Below, in pieces: positions 53,401 through 64,000 of a DNA stretch of 64,000 bases. The DNA comes from Auanema rhodensis (taxonomy: Eukaryota; Animalia; Nematoda). How positions within the stretch are numbered: the stretch's first letter is position 1; the number at the start of each line of letters is the position of its first letter. The translations under genes and the position numbers were made by a program. Under the pieces are notes generated by a model. It saw only the letters and a program-made list of their open reading frames with translations, did not search any database and was not told the origin of the DNA. The stretch covers positions 6,634,001 to 6,698,000 of the forward strand of contig OZ059895.1 in the NCBI GenBank assembly GCA_964057225.1, given 5' to 3'.

Positions 53401-54871
53401 AGTGCTGTTGTTTAATTCCTCTCAAAGGGAAAAAAATAGAATTAGTTAACTTTTCAGAAAAAAAAGAAGACGAAAGAGGAAGCTTTTTGTACGTACGAAG
53501 AAATATTTTAACTATGAAAATACATGATGTAAAACGTTAGAGTTAATTAGTTTGATAAGTTTATAAATTAATTTGAAAATTAAATTTTATAATTTTTGAT
53601 AATAATCAAAAAGTAATGAGCATTCAGTTTCAGTTCAGTAGGTAAGCAGATAATGCAGAAGATATCCATTACTTATGGAGAGGGGGTGGCAGAAAGTAGG
53701 GAAGTGCCTAGTTGCCAAATGACATTTTATCGTTTATTGTTAGTCTTATTTGATATTCTCAAGACAATTTTCTATTTTTTTTTAAAGCTATAACCCTATA
53801 TGTATGTATCTATGTGCATCCATATATCGTGTTAGTTAACAGTATAACATAAGTTATATAAAAAAACGAAAATAACAACATAGGCAGGCTGCAAACTAAA
53901 CGAATTCTCATCGCAACTGTGAGCAAGTCAATAATTTGTAGTTCTGCCTTTTTTTGGTTCAAATACATACATACATATTCCATCACCATTTTTGCATTCC
54001 CCCTGCTTATATTGTTTTTCTTCTTATATTTTGTAACAACATTTGGTTTTTTTCCTAATCAATAAACAAAAATATTATAATTTATAAATGAAATATGAAA
54101 GGTGGAGTTGAAATATTTTCATATATTCTATTCAGAAGCTCAGGAAATTATTTATCAATTGTAGCATTTGCTTTGTTGAAATTGAACATTTTCATTTATT
54201 CAGTTCCGTAGAATAAAAATAAATTCATATTAGATATATCTATTCAACAGTTCAGCTGAAAAATAATAAAAAAAAAGATTTTACTCTATTTTACACAAAA
54301 TGTTGTTCAATTTTATTATAATATGTTCGTTTATATCTGTCTATCCTTATAAATAGGATTTTATGTATGTGAACGTTAATTATACGAATAAGAGTTATCT
54401 ATATTTAATTAAATCTTTTTTATATTCTTATTGCTATCAAACGGTTATACTTTTATCATTTCATCATCTCTCTTGCTTTTTCCTCTTTTTTTTCAATCAA
54501 GAGTTAGTAATATGAAAGAATATGTATTAATTAGTTTTTTGGTTTTACTCAACTTTTCGATTTTATATTTTCTGGTGACTATTTTTAATTTTTTATATTT
54601 TAGATTCATTACTATTTATTCTTTACTATTTAAAAAGCTAACAAAGTCATCATCATCTGCATGAATTTATGTCTTTCTTCTTCTTTAAATAGTCAATATT
54701 GAGTAATTTATGTCTTGTAATCTGGAAAGAAGCGTTCCGAATTCTAATTCATCCTTGTATTGTTTGTTTATACGGTTTTCATCTAATTTTCGGTTTACTA
54801 CAAAATCTATGAAATTACTCGTCATCTTGTCTAAGTAAGGACAATTGTACTTTTCTTCATGTCCTTCTGCT

Positions 54872-54905
<34 letters not shown>

Positions 54906-54958
54906 GATATAGATAGATAGATATAGATAGATATAGATAGCCATATATATATACATAT
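54872..54958. repeat. Compound (TA)n/(GATA)n microsatellite
   Basis: TA runs flanking tandem GATA/GATATA units. Confidence 0.9.
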
Positions 54959-57047
54959 AGCAAGCTGTTTTGTATTGAATCGAGTAGTAGGATTTCAGAA
55001 ATCATTGTCTACCGCAATTAGTGTTGTCGTTTCAAAAGCCGATGCTGGAATTTTCTCGCCTTCTTGTATCTTCTAATTGAATCCACTGAAATTGCAATAG
55101 TTAACGTTATTCCATTTTTAATATAATTTGCTTCTATTTTGGATATGTTCCTCCTAGGATTACTTGATATTTGAATATTTGAGAGCACATCATTGAATTT
55201 CAATGACTAGTTTTATCTGTATACGTCCTCCCGCCTATTCTCCTTTTTTTTGAAATCTCTTCTGCTTTTGAACTCTTACTAATTTTTTCTCACTCATTCA
55301 TTTGTTCTTTTTCCTTTGTGAATACATTTCTCCAAATCCATCCTCTACCTAAATTCGCTTTACGATTTCGACTTTTTATTATTTTATTTTGGCTATATCG
55401 ATCTATTTCATACAACCAATTTCAACGACATGGAAAATAGTTAAAATAATCTGTCTGAACTTCTGAATATAAAAATCCGATAACATCCTGATTTTTTAAA
55501 TTGTATCAAATAATATTAGGCTAAATGCTTATTGAATTGAGGAAAACGTCCTTGAGATGTGTTCAGTTCATCTTCCAACTAATTAATATTAATGTGTTGT
55601 ATTTTTTCATGATGATAATATGACATAGTCAAAAATAATTAATTATAAGTATCAATAGAGTATCGTCTATGACGTGTAAGACATTATCATCTTTCATCAT
55701 AAAACTGTTTTTTTATATAAAAAGTTTAGGTAAATTAAAAGAGAAGACAAGAAAGGTTATAAATAATTATTAAATTGAGAATTGTGTACGATGTGAAAAT
55801 CGTTTTACTTCATTTTATTCTGATCAAAGATTGTTGCATGATGTTCAGATGTTATTGGTGATTATATTAATATTATTTCATCTATGAGAATCATATTTTG
55901 AAGATCCTTCCATAACATTCTACGAACAAAGAAACTAAAACCTTTCAAACATGGATCTTTTAAATATGAATATAATAACAACTTTACAAATAAAAAGATT
56001 TAAACTTTATAATAAAATAAAAATAATTAAAAATACATACATGTATTGTGTCAAAAGCTAATGACTTTAGTTTTGTTTGATAGTTGAGCTTTATGGAATA
56101 AAGAAATTGTTGATTGTTTTTTATTTTTGTTGAATTTTTTCTTTTTGTATTAGATTCTTACTTCGAGAAAAGACTGTTTTTTTCAATTTTTTTCTCATTA
56201 GTATGTCTGCAGAGAATAGTTTCAAAACGAGTTATTCTTTATGGTTCTTTATAAAAATTTCATTACATGAATTATTTCTTTTGTTTTTCTCATTGCTTTA
56301 CTTTTTCTTCTTTTAGTGTTAATACTCTTAAAAATAGCTTATGCGTCAAGCTCAATTTAATGCTAATGACATAACTTAAAGTCAGGACTTTCCAGAAAAA
56401 AAAAGCTAAATTGAAGCTTAACATGAGATGATTTGAGAATTTGAAATCGAATGAGTGCTCTACATTTCCGCATGCCGTCCTTTTGTCAGCGGTCATGCAG
56501 CTTTGCCATCAACTTCCCTATCTGTTTCATTGAGTAAAAGCTAAATCTTTACAAAATTGTTGCACCGCTATGGCCTAATGCTAATTTATTTGAACTTTTT
56601 CCTTTGTTAAGAGATTAAATAAACTTGAGAAAATGTTCTATTCGTGTTTCAAGGCGTGACAGAGCTAGAGCATACATATGAAATCAGCATCAAAATTTAC
56701 GTGTAAATACTCCTCACGCAATTGCAACTGTCATTTTCATTTTCTGAAGACTCATGCATGGTTGTTTTTTATTGTCCTTTTCAATCATTCTCTATCTTAT
56801 ATTAATGCTTGTCGTCCCCCCATCTACCTTTAATTTTTAGTTGAAAAAATTTTTTTTCAGTTATTTCCTCATTACTCTCGCCATGCTCTTCCAATTTTTA
56901 TGTCAATTCATCTTTTTTTCCTTCGTCATAGTCGTCTTCTTCTTTCTTTCTTCTGTTTTATTTTACTAAATGTGCTTCTTAAGAGCTGGTTACTGGAACA
57001 AAACATGAGAATATTCTATATATAGATGTGCAACATTCTATTTTGGG

Positions 57048-57081
57048 ATATACATATACATATATATATATATATATATAT
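57048..57081. repeat. (TA)n microsatellite
   Basis: atatacatatacatatatatatatatatatatat. Confidence 0.85.
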
Positions 57082-57768
57082 TTCTATGTATATATGCATA
57101 TGTATATGATATAATATATAGAAATATTATCTATTTGAACAATAACCGTTTTAATTTTCCATGACACATTGAACTGGGAAATAAAAATTTTATACTACGT
57201 AATTCATATTACATGTGTTTTTCATTATACAAAGTATAAGTATGAACTTTTTATTTCTTTTAATTTTTCACACAAAAATCCTGGAAAATAAGTTATTTTT
57301 CTGCTTCCGGTGGTTAGATATTTAGGCGAGAATGTATCCGATTTATGTCTGTCTAATATTCACGAAATATATGTATTTCTATATGCATGTTCATATTTCT
57401 AGCTCTTCTGACGTTTCACATCTCAATTAGACGCAGGTTTTAAACTCTGTGCAAGCCGGAAAAATTTTGCTAATTAATTTGATATATCTTCTTCTTTTTC
57501 ATCGGCTTCCTCTTCAATGTTACTGCTTTATGAACAAATTTCTCATCGTTGAATTTCTTTTTATTCTTCATTAAACATATTATCATGTAACCACCAATAC
57601 TTCATCTTCTTTTTCAGAAATTAGTCATGTATTCCTTTTCTTTAAAATGACATGTTATTACGCTTAATTTCGAAGCATATTTCTTTCATTCCTTTTTTCG
57701 TATTATAATATTTTTTAAACATAACAGCTATTATACTCAAATATATATTGTAGCTGCCTGAATTTTGA

Positions 57769-59479
57769 ATGACGCGCCTGATACAAAATACGGAGACGGT
57801 ACGTCGTCTGGAAAGAAGTCGAAGTGCTGCTAGACCTCGAGGCTCATCTAATTCTAATGCAGCCAAGGGACAGCCATATGAAATAACATTGGCTGTACTG
57901 GGAGCATCTAGGGTATTGCAAACATACGCATGTATATATTAAAAAACAATGTTTCTCTCAATTTTTGATTGAAGATGACAAAATATTCAATACTTGTATT
58001 GTATCGAGCATCTTGACTTACAGCTAAACAAAACTCAAAAATCCCTATAGGTCAGCATAACATTTCTGAATGATATATGTATGTAAAAATGTTCGTATTT
58101 TAGCAATTTGTTTGTTAAAAAATGAATTTTTTTGTAGGCATATTTTAGTCTTTTTAGCCTTTATTGTTTCGAACTTAAAAAATAGCTCATATTGCTCCTT
58201 TTTTATTTTTTTTTGACAAATTTATATAGCCACTTGTGACAATGTTGCAACAAGAAAATACTATGTTCTAAAGCAAAAACGTTTTTTAATTGTTTATAGG
58301 TTGGCAAATCTGCATTAGTCTCTCAGTTCTTATGGGAAGGGTTTCCTTATGATTATCGTCCAACCGTTGAGGAATTTAATTGGATTGAATATGAAACAGA
58401 TGAAGGTGGACCACATATAATGCTTCAGGTTAATGAAGTTCTTATTTTTATCAAATTTTATTTTATTTTATTGTGCTATATAAAGGTTTTATCTATTCTG
58501 ATTTTTTTCCAGGTAATTGATTCAAGTGGCTCACGAGATTTCTTGGCAATGCGCCAATTATATATCCGAACTGCACAAGTCTTCATTGTAAGTCAATATT
58601 AATTTTATGTTGAAAAAACCCAGATAGAATGCTTATTATTGTCCACATATAAAATTTAGGTTGTATTCTCTGTTGATGATCCGGATTCATTTGAGGAAGC
58701 AAAGAAAATAGTTGATGAAATTTTGGAAATTAGACAGAGAAAGGTAACTTGCTCCGAGTTTTCAAGACTAAAACAATTTCAGGCCCCAATAATCATCGTT
58801 GCTAATAAAAGAGATTTGTATGAAAATATAGAAAACTGGAAAGTTCATGATTCGTACAATTTTGCTTATAGTCGTATGATTCCACTGTTTGAAGTGACAG
58901 CCAAGGAACGCAATGAGGTATGCATAGCTTAAATTTTCCATTTTTTTTCATTACTTAAACAGTCGAGAAGACAATTAGTAGTAAAACAATAAAAAGCATA
59001 TTCAAAAAGATACCCCAGGGCCACAAAACCCTCTTATTGAGAAATCAAATACGCTTGTATGTTTGAAGATTTTTTTAAACACTAGAGGAGGAAAACAGAT
59101 TTTTAAATATGTAATATTCTAATTTTGTTCTTATCTCACATATTAGTTTTTTGATGTTCTATTCAAAAAAAAGGAGCAATTAAGAAAATAATAAAAATAT
59201 TTATATATTCTAGGTCTTGGATGCGATAAACGATGCTTTGGAGCGTTTGCGCACTTCAAATGGTTCAGGAATTTCAGTATTACGAAAAAGGAGGTTCGTT
59301 TTTATCAAATCAATTTATAAAAAATTAAAATTAGGAATTATTATATATGGATACAAGCATATTCTCCTTTTTACAGACAGTCAATGCCTAGCTCGAGAGC
59401 CTATAGTGGTATAGATGTAACAGATATTGAACGCCTTCAACAAAAACATAAAGCTAAAGGGAATTGCACAATATCCTAG
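57769..59479 (+). CDS. Ras-family small GTPase, RASD/Di-Ras-like, with CAAX box
   Basis: G1 VLGASR|VGKS; effector loop YRPTVEEF; G3 DSSGSRDF; G4 VANKRDL; G5 EVTAK; tail RKRRQSMP..KGNCTIS*. Confidence 0.88.
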
Positions 59480-60528
59480 TTTTTTTTATATAGATGAGTC
59501 GAACATCTCCTAGGGCTTGCCCCTCATTCTTATATCAGAATTGTGCCATAGATGCACCGCGTGTTCCATATTACTCGTGATCTTTTGTCTAACGGAGCTC
59601 GGATTCTCATCTTCACAAATATAGTTCAATGACTCATTGTATATTTTACCAGAGATCAGAAATAAGATTGAAAAACATTAGTGATAATTATTTGAGCTTA
59701 ATAAAAATTGTTTTTTTTTTCACTTTGAACTAATAAAAAACCACAATAAGATAATAAAAAGAAGTTGATTAGAAGAAGATTTTAAGAACTGAATAAGGTG
59801 ATTACAGATATTTATTGAATCTAAATGAAAAACATATTTACTGGTAAACTTCTACATCAAAGCTCATGTTTTTTCTAATTTGCTATCTTGTATGATTCAG
59901 AACTCACATCTTATAAAAATAATAGAAATTGAAAAGTGAAATCAATTTTAATATGACGAATATTACACTTCCTATTCTTTTAGAACTGTAGCTAGTTTTA
60001 AAAAGTTTCCATTCATTCAATCATCCTACATGTGTGTGAATTGAGACAACAATTCATTGTTTGATAATGAACATCACTTAAAAATAAGAAGAATAATCAA
60101 AAAATAGACGTGTATCTTAATCTTATACAATTTCTAAACAATTTTCTAATTTAAATTATTGTATACATTTTTATTTTCAAGGTGCTATCTTTACTTTTTT
60201 TTCTTTTTTTTTGTCCTTTTAACTCAACTATCTGTCTTCTCATAAAACAGAATAAAAACATGAGAGTACTCCAAGGATACGCAACTACGTACTTTAAACG
60301 TATTCGAGCTTATCAACGGAGAAGAAATGCCAAGTATTTTTCAGTTGACTGAAGGCTAAATGTACATTATCGATTATAAATAACTGCGATAATATGAAAT
60401 GTGAATTTTTTTCATTATTTGTATTGGCAGATAACGTTTTACTCGTGCGATGTTAATCAAAATTAAAAAATAGTTCCAAAATTAAAAAAAAATAGAAAAT
60501 CTGGTACTTTCAGAAGTTCATCGTAACC

Positions 60529-61626
60529 ATGTCTGTTGCAATAATCACAGGTAAGTTCTTATGAAACATAAAGACAAATAGTGGTGTAATTAATCTAGGA
60601 GCAAGTTCTGGAATTGGACGAGCTACTGCTTTACTTTTTGCCAGGAACTCTTACAAACTTCTGTTAACTGGGCGAAACCAAGCTGCTCTTTCAGAAGTCG
60701 CTAAAGAATGCATTTCTGCAGGCTCGTCGCCAAGTGATGTAAACTGTGAGGATGAAATTTTCTCTGAAAAAAAACTGCTTTAGGTTGCAACTTTTGCTGT
60801 TGATTTATCCTCTTTAGAAGCTCCCAATTCAATTGTTAATGAGACCATCTGCAAGTTTAATAAGATTGATACACTAGTAAATTCAGTATCATCATTTGAA
60901 AATTCAAGTAAATGATACTAGATTAACTCTGCTGGTATTTTAAAAAGCGGTTCTGTCATTGATTCTGATATCAACGTTTATGATGAACTTTTCGATGTTA
61001 ATGTTCGAAGGTAGGCTCGTCAAGAATGTTGCAAACATATATTTCATTATAGTCTAGTTCGTCTTACTAGAGCTTCCCTTCCACATATAATCGAATCGAA
61101 GGGAACTGTTGTTAATGTCAGCAGCATTAATGGACCCTGTCCTGTATGTTGAACGGTTTTGAAATACAATTGCAATAAAAACTTAAGTTTCCTAATGTCA
61201 CATATTACTGCATGTCTAAGAGTGCAGTTGATCAATTCACAAAATGTTTGGCTTTGGAAATGGCTCCCAATGGAGTCCGTGTAAATGCTGTGAAGTAAGT
61301 ACTCTACAATCGTATTTTATGTAATACCGTATTTTCTTACAGTCCTGGTGTCACTGTTACCAACCTACATCGCCGAGCTGGACAAGATGAGCAAACTTAT
61401 TCTGCAGTATGTCAATATTTTCACTTTTACAGTTAAATTTTATAATTATGATTAATTATTGTTATAGTTTTTGGAAAAAAGTAAGACTACTCACGCTCTT
61501 GGTCGCCCTGGAAATGTTTCTGAAGTAGCTGAAGCAATTCTATTTTTGGCTTCCAATAAAAGTTCATTTACAACCGGAGAACTACTACGAGTAGATGGTG
61601 GTCGCGGAATTATGCATCCACGTTAA
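60529..61626 (+). CDS. Short-chain dehydrogenase/reductase, copy 1
   Basis: MSVAIITGASSGIGRATA, INSAG, VNVSS, YYCMSKSA (YxxxK), GVRVNAV, ends VDGGRGIMHPR*. Confidence 0.93.
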
Positions 61627-61802
61627 TTTTTTATGTTCCGAAGTTATTATAAGAAACATGTAAATAATGGTAATTGTGTTGTATTTTACATATAAATATT
61701 TTAGCATAACGTTTCTTTACTTCTTTTCTTTTGTAATTTTCAAATTCATATCGATGATCAAATTAAATGAGTTTAAGCTTTAATATATCTTAGTTACCTA
61801 GA

Positions 61803-62880
61803 ATGCCTGTGGCTATCATAACAGGTGAATAAATTAATGCTGTTTTGAAGCTTTTTGTTTACTTTTAGGAGCTTCTTCTGGAATAGGAAAGGGAACAGCT
61901 TTGCGCTTCGCGGCGGAAGGATTCAGTCTTTGTTTAACAGGACGTGATACTAAGAGTTTGGAAGAAGTTGTTCAAGCTTGCATTGCAAAAGGACTTTCTA
62001 AGGATGATGTATGTTTAATAAGCAATTATCTGAATTATTTGCTTCTATAGATTACTTTAAAAGTCGGAGATCTCTCTGAAGATGCTACTGTAAAAGGAAT
62101 TATTGAACACGCTATGAACACTTTTGGCCGAATTGATATTTTGGTACAAAATATAGGAATAGATTAAATATTATATTGCTATTTAGATTAATTCTGCTGG
62201 TATTCTATGTAACGGCTCTGTACTTGACACCGATATTGACGTTTATGATAAACAAATGGAAGCTAACGTCAGAAAGTATGTTTCTTCTATAATAGTTCGG
62301 GATATAAAAAATATTGTTCTAGCGTTGTTAGACTCACACGAGCAGCTCTTCCCGAAATTATTAAGAATAAAGGAAGTATTGTTAATGTATCTAGCATTAC
62401 AGGACCATGTCCAGTAATATTATTTTTCAATTTTTTCTAGTTTCAATCATAAATTTTAGTTCCCAGGTGTAACATATTACTGTATGTCTAAAGCAGCTCT
62501 TGACCAATTCACTAAGTGTTTGGCACTCGAGATGGCGCCTCATGGAGTCAGAGTAAATTCTGTTAAGTGCGAAATAATTTTTATGTAAAAATCCATCTTC
62601 TCGTGTTTTAGTCCTGGAGTAATTGTAACTAATGTACATTTGCGCTCTGGAATGTCTGAGGAAGCATATCAGGCTGTATGTCTGCGATCGCCATATTCAC
62701 ATTATTCTTAATTTTCAGTTTATCCAGAAGGGAAAAGAAACACACGCGTTGGGCCGTGTAGGAGAAGTTCATGAAGTTGCAGAAGCTATTCTCTTCTTAG
62801 CTGATTCAAATCGTAGCTCATTTATAACCGGTGATCTTTTGCGTGTAGATGGTGGTCGAGGAATCATGCACCCTCGCTAA
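61803..62880 (+). CDS. Short-chain dehydrogenase/reductase, copy 2 (tandem paralogue)
   Basis: MPVAIITGASSGIGKGTA, INSAG, YYCMSKAA, ends VDGGRGIMHPR*. Intron positions match copy 1. Confidence 0.93.
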
Positions 62881-63254
62881 TTTTTTCATCTTGTCAAGTT
62901 GTTAGTTCGATTTTTCGTTGATTTTAAATAGGAAAAAATAAAATGTTCGGTAATTGATTTTTTATTTCAATATATAAAATGCCATAGTATTTCATCATTC
63001 AAGTAAAACATGCTCCATTGCGAATTTAAAAACCCGTTGCTAATATAAATTTTTGTACCGTAAGATAACGACTTAACATATCATATGAAGCCATATAGTA
63101 CCTGGATTTACATTACTTAATCTATTTCAGAATTGCATTTGACTTTGAACTTATGAAAAAAAGTTTCAAAATATTTTCTACCTTTTTTTTAATTCGAATA
63201 TGTGCGATTTGAGACGAACTAGTCGTTTTTTTAAGATTATTTATCTAGATTTTA

Positions 63255-64000
63255 ATGGAATTTGATGAGGTTTATGGGCCGAACGGGGGTGAAACGCTCA
63301 CCTTTGTTGAAACTGGAGAGGATGATGATGGAATTATGAATGGAGCCACTCAAGACTCAACTTTTGACTTTGAACACCGTTTTTCAATACCAACACAGAG
63401 TAGTCAGGTACTACAGTATAATGATAGTTTTTGAGCGTTCTTTTAGATTTCTATGACATCAGGTCTTGAAAGCAATGTAGAGTTAACTTTTCATGATGTA
63501 GACGAAGAAGAGGAATTACATAATCAAAAATTACCAGAGCACGCCTGCAGGTATGCGTTGTATTTCTGCGTTAAGGATTCACTGATTTTGTATTAGATAT
63601 TGTGGAATTCATGAACCTAGCTGTATTGCGCTTTGTACAGTATGTAAAAAATGGTTTTGTAACGGAAAAGGAAGAACAACAGGCTCTCATATTATTACGC
63701 ATATGGTTAGAAGTGGCCACAAAGAAGTAAGAGCTTTTATACAGGAAAAATAATATAGTTGACGCAAGGTTTGCCTACACAAAGAATCACCTCTTGGAGA
63801 TACACAACTTGAATGCTATCAGTGCGCTGCGAGAAATGTGTTTTTACTCGGATTTATACCAGCAAAAGCTGATTCCATTGTGGTATTGTAAAGATTGATT
63901 AGTTCAAATGTATTATATATTCTCTAGGTTATATTGTGTCGACAACCATGCGCTCAGGTTGCTTCACAGAAAGATGCAAACTGGCAAGGCGATGAGTGGG
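63255..64000 (+). CDS. smg-2: UPF1 NMD helicase, 5' part (runs off the window)
   Basis: [70 protein letters not shown]|[38 protein letters not shown]|VILCRQPCA (CH domain). Confidence 0.95.

Overview
AT-rich eukaryotic genomic DNA from a rhabditid (clade V-like) nematode, with compact genes and many ~45-50 nt introns. The ORF track is mostly uninformative, so genes were spliced by hand. Order: mel-26 (+), a foldback/MITE-like element, hrpk-1 (+), nab-1/neurabin (-), a ~11 kb non-coding interval holding two highly structured RNA-like segments, unc-94/tropomodulin (+, two first exons), an unknown multi-exon gene (-), a single-Nanos-finger lst-1-like gene with a LAG-1/CSL site cluster (+), tRNA-Lys, tRNA-Asp, nduf-6 (+), prpf-4 (-), a FLYWCH/C2H2/AT-hook gene (-), a probable operon ubc-3/lsm-6/unknown/atg-5 (+), a RASD/Di-Ras-like GTPase (+), two tandem SDRs (+) and the 5' part of smg-2/UPF1 (+). 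As recalled, the recognisable genes are C. elegans chromosome I orthologues. The best leads are an unclassified ~240-nt Pol III-like structured RNA lying antisense and head-to-head with the unc-94a start codon (23490-23729), and a probable lst-1 orthologue with its Notch-response elements. All identifications are from memory of the protein families; no searches were run.
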